Below are positions 9,390-17,718 of a stretch of 27,164 nucleotides of DNA, piece by piece. Under the pieces are notes generated by a model that was not told where the DNA came from, did not search any database, and was given only the letters and a program-made list of their open reading frames with translations. Location: positions 558,001 through 585,164 of the forward strand of contig CAXXQE010000006.1 of assembly GCA_963665615.2 (NCBI GenBank), given 5' to 3'. A program made the position numbers and the translations under genes. Origin of the DNA: Syntrophales bacterium (lineage in GTDB: Bacteria > Desulfobacterota > Syntrophia > Syntrophales > UBA4778). Each line of letters begins with the position of its first letter. The stretch's first letter is position 1.

Positions 9390-10343
9390 TTATTTTCTCT
9401 GCCCGGCATTTTCTAGAACGTCCCGGTTGATAACGATGGAGGTTTTCGCCCTCAAAGCGATCAACCAGCATTCATAGGCCGCCGCTTCCTTCTCCCGCCT
9501 GATCTGAGCCTTGATCTTTTCTCTCACAGCCTCAAAGGTTTCCATCTTGTTTCGGATTCGCGCCGTCACCTTGAAGATATGGTAGCCATAGGGTGTCTCA
9601 ACGACCTCACTGACTTCACCCGGTTTCAGTGAGAACAGGACACGATCGAACTGCTCCGGCAGAACCCCCCTGGCGAAGGAACCGAGATCCCCGCCCCGTG
9701 CCCCCTCGGGGCCGGTCGAGGTTTGTCGGGCCAATGCGGCGAAATCCTCACCGTTTTTCAGCCGCTTATAAACGGCCGCGGCTGCCTGCCGATCCGCCAA
9801 AACGATCTGACTGACCCGGACGCTATCCTCGGGCTGGGCGGGACGGTTCCTGAAGCAGACACGTGCCTCGTCGTCGTTCACCGCTATGCCCGCATTGACC
9901 TCCGCGACTATCAGTTTCTCCAGAACGAGCCTGCGGCGCAACTGCTCGCGCCAATTCCGGTAGGCTTCCTTATCCTTGAAGAGTTCTGGAAAGGCCCTGC
10001 CCCGATAGTCTCTCCCGATTTCGTCGATCTTCTTCTGAAGGTCCGCATCACTTACCCGAATTCCGGCATCCGCGGCGCGACGCAGCATGATCTTTTCGTC
10101 GATCAGCTCGTCCAGAAACTCTTTTTTCAGTTTAACAACCTGCGCCGCATCCAGGGCCGCATTCTTTTTCATCAAGGCCAGTCTGGACTGAAAAAGGCCA
10201 TTGAATTCATCGAGATAAATCCTTTCGCCATTGACAATCGCAACGCTCTCACGCCCACAGCCGACCAACCCCAAAACGATCATCACCCCGATGCCGAGCC
10301 AGAGACGCTTCGTTATTTTTTTGTACGACAATTCTTTTCGCAT
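9390..10343 (-). CDS. PpiC-type (parvulin) peptidyl-prolyl isomerase, probable lipoprotein (PrsA-like foldase)
   Basis: Lipobox-like LVGC, VAIVNGE, GEDFAALAR, GGDLG and VETPYGYHIFKV. Confidence 0.88.
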   Translation of the reverse strand: MRKELSYKKITKRLWLGIGVMIVLGLVGCGRESVAIVNGERIYLDEFNGLFQSRLALMKKNAALDAAQVVKLKKEFLDELIDEKIMLRRAADAGIRVSDADLQKKIDEIGRDYRGRAFPELFKDKEAYRNWREQLRRRLVLEKLIVAEVNAGIAVNDDEARVCFRNRPAQPEDSVRVSQIVLADRQAAAAVYKRLKNGEDFAALARQTSTGPEGARGGDLGSFARGVLPEQFDRVLFSLKPGEVSEVVETPYGYHIFKVTARIRNKMETFEAVREKIKAQIRREKEAAAYECWLIALRAKTSIVINRDVLENAGQRK

Positions 10344-10359
10344 ACCCGCGTTTTAATGT

Positions 10360-13300
10360 CTAGTTAGTCAATTCGGCCAATACGGCCTTAATCTCCGCAA
10401 AAACGGCGCTCCCCGTCAGTTCGGGCGCCGGGACATACAATTTCAGGTCAGGCGTAAATCTCGCACGCCGAATTTTTTTCGTCAACCGGATGATCTTGTC
10501 GGGATCGATCGTGCTTCCGGAATGGAAGGCGATTAAAAGGGTCTGGCCGTCATAATCCAATTTCTTGACCCGAATCGGCCTTAGCATATTGCGAATGCCG
10601 ATGACCTGCAACAGGTTTTCCGTCTGGGCCGCAACAAAACCGCAAGTGTCCTCGATCTCTCCCCGAATGGCCGTCAGGTCCTCGTCCGTCGCGGCGAGCG
10701 AGATACGTTTATAGAGCGTTAATCGGCGGTTCATGTCCGGAACGAAGGACTCCGGGATAAAGGCGGGCAGGCCCAGATGGATCTCGGGATGCGCCTCTTC
10801 CTCGACCACGGGCGCACCGCCCCGGAGTTCCCTTATCGTACTCTCCAGAATCTGGATGTAGAGTTCATAACCCACTGCCGCGATATGACCCGACTGCGAC
10901 GACCCCAGGAGATTGCCGGCGCCGCGGATCTCGAGATCCTGAGCGGCAATCCTGAATCCTGATCCAGGCTCGGTAAAGTCCTTGATCACCTGGAGGCGCT
11001 TGCGGGCATCCGCCGCCAGCACAGCCCCCCTGGGAATCATCAGGTATGCAAAGGCCGCCTCCTTCGAACGCCCGACCCGTCCGCGCAACTGGTAGAGTTG
11101 CGAAAGCCCGAAGCGATCGGCGCGATTGATGACAATTGTGTTGGCCGAGGCGATGTCGATCCCCGATCCGATGATCGTCGTGGCGATCAAAACATCATAC
11201 TCCCCACGAATAAACTTGATCATCACATCTTCAATTTCCTTCGGATGCATCTGACCGTGGACAACCGCCACGCGCGCCTCGGGGACGAGTTCCTTCAGCA
11301 GACGTTCCATGCTCCTGATCGAACGGACCCGGTCATGGAGGAAAAAGACCTGCCCCCCACGGGCCATCTCGTGACGGATCGACCTGGTGATCGTCTCCCG
11401 ATCGAACTCCAGGACATAGGTCCTGACCGCCTGACGGTCGACCGGCGGGGTGCTGATGATCGACAGATCGCGAATTCCGACCAGGGACAGTTCGAGCGTT
11501 CTCGGAATGGGGGTCGCTGACAGCGTCAACACATCCACCATGGTGCGGAGCTTTTTTAGTTTCTCCTTGTGCTGAACCCCGAAGCGCTGTTCCTCGTCCA
11601 CAATGACGAGCCCGAGGTTCTTGAAAGCGATATCATCCTGCAGAATCCGGTGGGTGCCGATGACGATGTCCACCTGGCCGTGGCCGATGTCCGCAGCAAT
11701 CTGCGTCTGCTCCTTGCGGGTCTTGAATCGGTTCATCGCCTCAATTCGTATGGGGTAGTTCTTCAGGCGCCTGCGGAAGTTCTGGTTGTGCTGTTCCGCC
11801 AGGATCGTCGTGGGCACGAGCACCGCTACCTGCCTGCCGTCTGTCACCGCACGGAAGGCGGCACGGATCGCAATCTCGGTCTTTCCGAAGCCGGCATCCC
11901 CGCAGATCAGGCGGTCCATGGGCTTGGCCGCATCCATGTCGTCAAGGATGTCCCCGATTGCCTTGGCCTGGTCGGGCGTTTCCTCGTATTCAAAGGACGA
12001 GGCGAATTCTTCGTAGTAATCGTCGACCGCCTGGAAGGGCTTTCGCTCCATGACTTCGCGGGCGGCATAGACGGCCACTAGATCTTTAGCGATTTCCTCG
12101 GCCGCGCGGTGGGCCTTTTTCTTGGCGCTCTCCCAGGCGGAGCCGCCCAGCTTGTCCACTCGCGCCCCCTGGCCTTCGGCGCCGATGTAGCGCTGGATCT
12201 GATCCATGCGGTCCACGGGGATAAAGAGCTTGTCTCCCCCCAGGTATTCGATCCAGAGATAATCGTTTTCGATCCCGCTGACCTGCATCTTCATGAGCCC
12301 ACGATAGATTCCGACCCCATGCTCCGTATGTACCACCGGGTCTCCCTCACGAAGTTCGCCGAAGGATTTGAGGAAGTAGCCCTCCGCGGCGGACTTCGGT
12401 TTTCTGCGGCGGATCTTCTTCCCGAAGACCTCCTCGTCGCTGACGGCAATGAACCGCAGGGCCGGAAAGTGAAAACCGCCGGAGAGGTGACCGTCGCGCA
12501 GGATAAGCGTGCCCTGCGTTCCCCGCGTTTTCGTAAGTTCGGTGAGCAGCGGCCGGTCCGAGCGGCTCATCGGGAGGGCGTACTTTTCGAGGAGGTGCGT
12601 CATACGGTGCACTTCTTCCTCGCCGGCGCAAAGAAAAGCAACCAGATGGCCCTGTTCGATCCACCCCTTCATCCGGGCTACCAGGGGCGCCATCGCGCTC
12701 TCTTCGCGGATATTCGATACGTCACGTCGCAGACCGACATGGGCCTCTGTGCGGAAGCGAATCGCGTGGGCATCGGCATCATTGTCCACCCCGATCTCCA
12801 GATCCCTCAACGCCACCCTCGGCAGGTGGGCAATTTCCCCCAACAGGTTCTCCTTGCCCGCCAAAAAGGTCTCCCGCTCCAGATAGAAACGGCCCTCCGT
12901 TTTCGCCCGCTCGAACATCCGGTCGAGTTCGGCCTGGATTCGATCTTCAGCCGCTGCGAGCGCAGAGGCGTCTTCCGTCACGACGAGCGTCTCCACGGAA
13001 AACAGCGCGCCGAGATGGCACAGACCGCCGGTCCCATTCTCTGCATAAAAGAGGGACAGCCAAAGCGGATTGATCGACGCGTCGAGACCGCTTGTGATTG
13101 CATCGGCAAGGCGATCCTTGACGGTTCGCGGCAGATCCAGGGCATTGGCCCGATTCTTCATGTTGCGGAGGGCTCGCTGACGAATTTCATCCGTGGCAAT
13201 CAGTTCGCGGGCAGGCGGCAACACGAAATCCACCAATTCACCATCTTCCGCCAGGGTCCGTTGCGAGTCGGCATCGAAGCGTTTGATTGATTCGATCTCG

Positions 13301-13899
13301 TCGCCGATAAAAAGGAGGCGGACCGGATGATCCGCTATCGGTGTGAAGATATCGATGACCTGCCCGCGGATGGCATAATCGCCCGGCTCTTCTACAATGG
13401 CGGCGCGCGCGTACCCCCCAGCATCGAGGCGGGTGCACAGTTCGTCCCGATCCATGGCGTCGCCGATGGCGATGGTTTGCGCATAGTCTTCAAAAACCTG
13501 TTTGGGTGGAACTTTCTGAAGCGCAGCAGCCAAGGGTAGGACATAGATCAGCCGCTCTCCGCGGCTCAAGCTGAAAAGCGCCCGGATCCGCTTCAGCTCG
13601 ACATCGCGCTGACCCGAAAGGGCATCTGGCGACAGGATGTCCCAAGGGGGCAGCAAGACCGTTTGAACTGGATCGAGAAACTGGGAGAGGTCCTGGCACA
13701 GGCGCTTGGCGTCTTCGAGTTCCGGGCAGATCACCACGACAGGACGGTTCAGCGTGTGAAACACAAACGCCAGCAGCAGCGCCTTGGATGCGCCGTGCAG
13801 GCCGGTTACCGGCGCCACGCCCGCATCCCGACCGATTCTTTCGAATAAGGCGCTGAACGCGGGATCGGTGGAAATCGGCATTACGTTTTGGATAGGCAT
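10360..13899 (-). CDS. mfd: Transcription-repair coupling factor
   Basis: UvrB-homology region, CarD-like RID (VVHTEHGVG), helicase motifs GDAGFGKT, DEEQRFG, SATPIPRTL and QLRGRVGR, and TRG motif DLEIRGAGNLLG. Start is uncertain (13899 or 13881). Confidence 0.98.
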   Translation of the reverse strand: MPIQNVMPISTDPAFSALFERIGRDAGVAPVTGLHGASKALLLAFVFHTLNRPVVVICPELEDAKRLCQDLSQFLDPVQTVLLPPWDILSPDALSGQRDVELKRIRALFSLSRGERLIYVLPLAAALQKVPPKQVFEDYAQTIAIGDAMDRDELCTRLDAGGYARAAIVEEPGDYAIRGQVIDIFTPIADHPVRLLFIGDEIESIKRFDADSQRTLAEDGELVDFVLPPARELIATDEIRQRALRNMKNRANALDLPRTVKDRLADAITSGLDASINPLWLSLFYAENGTGGLCHLGALFSVETLVVTEDASALAAAEDRIQAELDRMFERAKTEGRFYLERETFLAGKENLLGEIAHLPRVALRDLEIGVDNDADAHAIRFRTEAHVGLRRDVSNIREESAMAPLVARMKGWIEQGHLVAFLCAGEEEVHRMTHLLEKYALPMSRSDRPLLTELTKTRGTQGTLILRDGHLSGGFHFPALRFIAVSDEEVFGKKIRRRKPKSAAEGYFLKSFGELREGDPVVHTEHGVGIYRGLMKMQVSGIENDYLWIEYLGGDKLFIPVDRMDQIQRYIGAEGQGARVDKLGGSAWESAKKKAHRAAEEIAKDLVAVYAAREVMERKPFQAVDDYYEEFASSFEYEETPDQAKAIGDILDDMDAAKPMDRLICGDAGFGKTEIAIRAAFRAVTDGRQVAVLVPTTILAEQHNQNFRRRLKNYPIRIEAMNRFKTRKEQTQIAADIGHGQVDIVIGTHRILQDDIAFKNLGLVIVDEEQRFGVQHKEKLKKLRTMVDVLTLSATPIPRTLELSLVGIRDLSIISTPPVDRQAVRTYVLEFDRETITRSIRHEMARGGQVFFLHDRVRSIRSMERLLKELVPEARVAVVHGQMHPKEIEDVMIKFIRGEYDVLIATTIIGSGIDIASANTIVINRADRFGLSQLYQLRGRVGRSKEAAFAYLMIPRGAVLAADARKRLQVIKDFTEPGSGFRIAAQDLEIRGAGNLLGSSQSGHIAAVGYELYIQILESTIRELRGGAPVVEEEAHPEIHLGLPAFIPESFVPDMNRRLTLYKRISLAATDEDLTAIRGEIEDTCGFVAAQTENLLQVIGIRNMLRPIRVKKLDYDGQTLLIAFHSGSTIDPDKIIRLTKKIRRARFTPDLKLYVPAPELTGSAVFAEIKAVLAELTN

Positions 13900-13973
13900 G
13901 AATTTTCTTTTACGGGAGATCCCCTGACGCAAGCTCCCGAGGCTCTCCAATTGACGGACACTGTTTAAGCATG

Positions 13974-14027
13974 ATTCGCTCGCTGACCCCGCAGGGCGGA
14001 CGGGGCTGCGCTCGCCCCAGAATTCAA
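13974..14027 (+). repeat. Degenerate palindromic repeat remnant (copy 1)
   Basis: ATTCGCTCGCTGACCCCGCAGGGCGGACGGGGCTGCGCTCGCCCCAGAATTCAA. Its end TGCGCTCGC-N3-AGAATTCAA is shared with 14966-14986. Confidence 0.55.
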
Positions 14028-14179
14028 AAATCGCTTAGAATTTGAAATCTTACCTGATTGCAACGGGTTATTCAAGGCCAAATGCGGAAACGGAAATTGT
14101 CTGGAGACAAGACAGGAATAATTTGTGATAATATTTTTTAAGATCTTCAGCCAGACCCGTTCGCCCCTGGAATCGTGCC

Positions 14180-14863
14180 ATGAATAAACGCCTTAAACAG
14201 CACCGCCATCTCCTCGAGGATCACCGAATCCTGCAAGGCCTCCTGCACAGTTTCGCCATCCCCACCTATATCATCGACAAACAGCATCGGGTCATACACT
14301 GGAACCGCGCCATGGAGGCGCTTACGGGCATCGCCGCGGCAAAGATTCTGGATAAAACGGACCACTGGCGCGCCTTCTATCGGACCCACCATCCCTGCCT
14401 CATCGACCTCCTCGTCGACGGCAAACTCGTTGAAATCGAAACATTGTATGGCCCCGGCGGGACAATGCCAGAGGTTCTCGAAGACGCCCACGAATTCGTC
14501 GGTTATTATCCGGGTCTCGGCGACGAGGGGAAGTGGTTGCGGGTCACGGCTTCCGTTTTGCGTGACGATCAAGGACAAGTCATCGGGGCCGTGGAAACCA
14601 TGGAGGATATTACAGAACACAAGCGGGCCGACGAAGAGCGCGAAAGCCTCGTGGTCGAACTGCAAAACGCCCTGGCAAAGATCAAGACATTGAAGGGGCT
14701 GCTGCCGATCTGCGCGTCCTGCAAGAAGATACGAAACGACAAGGGCTACTGGGAACAGATTGAAAACTATCTCCATGACCATTCTGAAGCGGAATTCAGC
14801 CACGGGATCTGCCCCGAGTGCGCCAAAAAACTCTACCCGAAATATTACCGATCGAAAAAATAG
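14180..14863 (+). CDS. PAS-domain protein with C-terminal CxxC...HxxCxxC domain; no kinase or known output domain
   Basis: PAS/PAC (IPTYIID..HRVIHWNRAMEALTG...GKWLRVTASVLRDDQGQVIGAVETMEDITEHK), a coiled linker, then LLPICASCKKIRNDKGYWEQIENYL...FSHGICPECAKKLY. Confidence 0.85.
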   Translation: MNKRLKQHRHLLEDHRILQGLLHSFAIPTYIIDKQHRVIHWNRAMEALTGIAAAKILDKTDHWRAFYRTHHPCLIDLLVDGKLVEIETLYGPGGTMPEVLEDAHEFVGYYPGLGDEGKWLRVTASVLRDDQGQVIGAVETMEDITEHKRADEERESLVVELQNALAKIKTLKGLLPICASCKKIRNDKGYWEQIENYLHDHSEAEFSHGICPECAKKLYPKYYRSKK

Positions 14864-14899
14864 CAGGCAGATCTGTTTCCTTTAAAAATACGGACGAAC

Positions 14900-14986
14900 A
14901 ATTGAAGACTCACCGGAGCAAGCTCCGGTGAGTCTTCAATTCCCAAGGTAGATGATTTGTCCTTATGCGCTCGCTAAAGAATTCAA
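14900..14986. repeat. Perfect 20-bp-arm inverted repeat plus repeat tail (copy 2); may also act as a terminator between convergent genes
   Basis: AATTGAAGACTCACCGGAGC-AA-GCTCCGGTGAGTCTTCAATT (14900-14941), followed by ...TGCGCTCGCTAAAGAATTCAA. Confidence 0.75.
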
Positions 14987-15012
14987 GACAAGATTTTTAC
15001 CCGCACCCCGAA

Positions 15013-15981
15013 TCAACCGCGCGGAATGTGCTCGCCACCTATTTCACCGATTGAAATTTCCTCGCCCCGCACCGAATGGCGACAAACCTCGATAGTCACG
15101 TGCGCCAGAGCGGGCAGCAAACTCAGACGTTTCTTGTAATCCTCCATGGTATGGGCGGCCGTCGTAACAACCGAAACGATACAGGCATATTTGCGATCCC
15201 CGACCCGCCATAAATGCAAATCGCTTACCCTGGAGTGGCCATCCGCTTCAATCTGTTCAATCACTTGATCGGCCAGAGGCGATTTCACCTCATGGTCGAG
15301 GAGGATGGCGGCTGTGTCCCGGAGCAAATGTACCGACCAGTGGAGGATCAGGGCGGCCCCCACCAACCCCATAACCGGGTCCAGCCAGAGGAGTTGGAGG
15401 TACTTCGCGCCAAGCAGGGCAGCGACGGCCAAGACAGACGTGATTGCATCCGCGACGATATGCAAATAGGCCGATTTCAGGTTAAGATCATGATGCACAT
15501 GATGATCGTGCGCCTCGTCGGCATGCGGATCGAACGCGAGGATGACGGCGCAGATGAGATTGACAGCCAGACCGATGACGGCGACCGTCAGGGCCTCATT
15601 GAAATGAATGTGTAGCGGATGGATCAAACGCGCCGCGGATGAATAAACGATGGCGATTCCCGCTAACGCCAGAACGATCGCGCTGGAGTAGGCCCCTAAT
15701 ATCTCGATCTTCCAGGTCCCGAAGCTGAACCGGCGATCGTGCGCGTAGCGGCGTGCCAGGACATAGGCGACGAGCGAAATGCCGAGGGCAAAGGCGTGCG
15801 TGCCCATGTGCCACCCGTCCGCCAACAGGGCCATGGAATTGGAAAGCCACCCGAAGAGGATTTCGAGGATCATCGTGACAAGGGTGATCAGCACGACAAA
15901 GAGCGTCCGTTTCTCAACATGCCTCTTTTCGACATTGAAGATGTGATGGTGCCGCCAGGGCTCGATGTCGGTGTCGTGCAT
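15013..15981 (-). CDS. dmeF: CDF-family cation efflux transporter, DmeF-like (Co2+/Ni2+)
   Basis: SMALLADGWHMGTHA, FSFGTWKIEIL, His-rich loop HDHHVHHDLNLKSAYLHIVADA and DLHLWRVG. Confidence 0.88.
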   Translation of the reverse strand: MHDTDIEPWRHHHIFNVEKRHVEKRTLFVVLITLVTMILEILFGWLSNSMALLADGWHMGTHAFALGISLVAYVLARRYAHDRRFSFGTWKIEILGAYSSAIVLALAGIAIVYSSAARLIHPLHIHFNEALTVAVIGLAVNLICAVILAFDPHADEAHDHHVHHDLNLKSAYLHIVADAITSVLAVAALLGAKYLQLLWLDPVMGLVGAALILHWSVHLLRDTAAILLDHEVKSPLADQVIEQIEADGHSRVSDLHLWRVGDRKYACIVSVVTTAAHTMEDYKKRLSLLPALAHVTIEVCRHSVRGEEISIGEIGGEHIPRG

Positions 15982-16092
15982 AAACACAGTCCGCGATCAG
16001 AAAGGCTTTTAGTTTCTATATACCATACATAATATTGCTCCTGTGATTAAATTGATCGAAGCCAGTGACGCCGGAGGAACCGATGAGCTCTT

Positions 16093-16119
16093 TAAAGTTT
16101 AAAATTTATTAGCCGATAA
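16093..16119 (+). promoter_or_regulatory. sigma28 (FliA/SigD) promoter
   Basis: TAAAGTTT (16093-16100), N11, GCCGATAA (16112-16119). This is an exact match to the extended sigma28 consensus, 20 nt before ATG 16140. Confidence 0.85.
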
Positions 16120-16139
16120 AGAATTTAAAGGTTAAACCT

Positions 16140-16610
16140 ATGAGTACGCTGTCTGCCATCAACAATAACGCCATTGGAACGCTTCTGGCCGATGCCCTTC
16201 AATCGAAGTCGGCATCCTCTACCGGCAGCACCTCAACGACCTCCGCCTCGGCCAGTTCTGCCAATCTATCTGATTCAATTACACTTTTACTGGCACAAAG
16301 CGAGTTGTCACTCAATACCACCCTTCTCAACGCCATGTCGTCCTCTTCCTCGACATCCAGTTCGTATTCGGATCTGATCGCGGCATCATCGAACTATAAT
16401 ATCCTATATAATTCCGGCATGTTTCAGACAAATTCGGATACGATCGCCTCTCTCCTGGGAACGAATGCCTCAACGCAATCGCTGAGCTCCATCCTGAACG
16501 GAACAGATCAAAACCAAAGTGCATCCTCGCTGATTCAGTCCTTTATGAACTCCCTGTCTTCAGATGCAACCAACTCATCATCCGGTTCCCTGCTCAACTT
16601 GCTTGCCTGA
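16140..16610 (+). CDS. Ser/Thr/Asn/Leu-rich hypothetical protein, probably in the sigma28 regulon
   Basis: 156-aa ORF filling the intergenic gap, about 45 Ser by hand count, with its own promoter. Ends in SGSLLNLLA. Confidence 0.8.
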   Translation: MSTLSAINNNAIGTLLADALQSKSASSTGSTSTTSASASSANLSDSITLLLAQSELSLNTTLLNAMSSSSSTSSSYSDLIAASSNYNILYNSGMFQTNSDTIASLLGTNASTQSLSSILNGTDQNQSASSLIQSFMNSLSSDATNSSSGSLLNLLA

Positions 16611-16641
16611 TTCCCATCTCTTTCATCAAAAAGAAACGCGC

Positions 16642-16670
16642 TTGACAACTATGAGAGGGGCGATTATATT
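16642..16670 (+). promoter_or_regulatory. sigma70 promoter for the riboswitch-htpX-terC transcript
   Basis: TTGACA (16642-16647), 17 bp spacer, TATATT (16665-16670). The predicted start falls just before the aptamer. Confidence 0.75.
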
Positions 16671-16677
16671 TTCTTCC

Positions 16678-16780
16678 GTAAAGGGGAGTAGTTATCGGTC
16701 GGAAAAAGGCCGACCCGGATCTCGTCAAGACGGCCTTATGGCCCGGGACCGGGGCAGGAACCTGTCAACAAGACCTTTAT
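16678..16780 (+). ncRNA. yybP-ykoY manganese riboswitch aptamer
   Basis: 5' GTAAAGGGGAGTAG and 3' CAAGACCTTTAT (P1 with L1), CGTCAAGACGG (L3-like), and side hairpins GGTCGG/CCGACC and GCAGG/CCTGT. It lies upstream of an operon containing terC. Confidence 0.9.
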
Positions 16781-16815
16781 CCCGGCAATGGTGTCGCGGG
16801 TAAGGGTTTTTTTTT
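16771..16815 (+). terminator. Intrinsic terminator forming the riboswitch expression platform
   Basis: GACCTTTATCCCG pairs imperfectly (G-U pairs, one bulge) with CGGGTAAGGGTT and is followed by a T run. Its 5' arm is the 3' strand of aptamer P1. Confidence 0.8.
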
Positions 16816-16854
16816 ACCCGTGACGATAGCCCTGATTATTGGAGGAAAACAATA

Positions 16855-17718
16855 ATGAACAGACTCAAAACGACCCTTCTTCTCGCCCTGCTGACCGTTC
16901 TTCTGGTGTTTATGGGCGGCGCGATCGGCGGACGAACCGGCATGATCTTCGCCTTCTTCATGGCGGCAGCTATGAACTTCTTCTCATACTGGTTCTCGGA
17001 CAAAATCGTTCTGTCCATGTACGGCGCCCGCGAGGTCACGGAGGCCGAGCAACCGGCCTTTTATGCCATGGTGCGACGCCTGACGGTTCAGGCGGGCCTT
17101 CCGATGCCGAGGGTCTATATCATTCCGTCGGATAGCCCCAATGCCTTCGCCACCGGCCGAAATCCGGAGCACGCGGCCGTCGCAGCGACCGAGGGCATTC
17201 TTCGGATTCTCTCCATGGAGGAACTCGAAGGGGTCATGGCCCATGAACTGGCGCACGTCAAAAACCGCGACATCCTGATCGGTTCGATCGCGGCTACCAT
17301 CGCTGGCGCCATCTCCATGCTCGGCAACATGCTTCAGTGGGCGGCGATTTTCGGCGGCGGCCGCAGTGACGATGAAGAAGGCGGAGGCGGTCTGATCGGC
17401 GCCCTGGTCATGGCCATCATTGCGCCGATTGCCGCGATGATGATCCAGATGGCCGTTTCTCGATCCCGTGAATATCTCGCGGATGAATCGGGCGCACGGA
17501 TCAGCGGAAAGCCCCTGGCCCTGGCGAACGCCCTGAGGAAGCTCCATATGAGCAGTCAGGCGATCCCCATGGAGGACGCCAAACCAGCTACAGCCCACAT
17601 GTTCATCGTCAACCCCCTCACCGGCGGCTCTTTCCTGAGACTCTTTTCTACCCATCCCCCGATGGAGGAACGGATCGCCCGGCTGGAGGCCATGGCGTAC
17701 AATCGGGGCGGTATGTAA
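16855..17718 (+). CDS. htpX: Membrane zinc metalloprotease HtpX (M48)
   Basis: [21 protein letters not shown] zinc motif, SRSREYLAD and [19 protein letters not shown]. Confidence 0.97.
   Translation: MNRLKTTLLLALLTVLLVFMGGAIGGRTGMIFAFFMAAAMNFFSYWFSDKIVLSMYGAREVTEAEQPAFYAMVRRLTVQAGLPMPRVYIIPSDSPNAFATGRNPEHAAVAATEGILRILSMEELEGVMAHELAHVKNRDILIGSIAATIAGAISMLGNMLQWAAIFGGGRSDDEEGGGGLIGALVMAIIAPIAAMMIQMAVSRSREYLADESGARISGKPLALANALRKLHMSSQAIPMEDAKPATAHMFIVNPLTGGSFLRLFSTHPPMEERIARLEAMAYNRGGM

Noticed and set aside
12109..13290. 393-aa plus-strand ORF
   Set aside because: Antisense to mfd and has no motifs.
14097..14110. Palindrome TTGTCT-GG-AGACAA between mfd and the PAS gene
   Set aside because: Short enough to arise by chance and does not match a LexA box I recognise.
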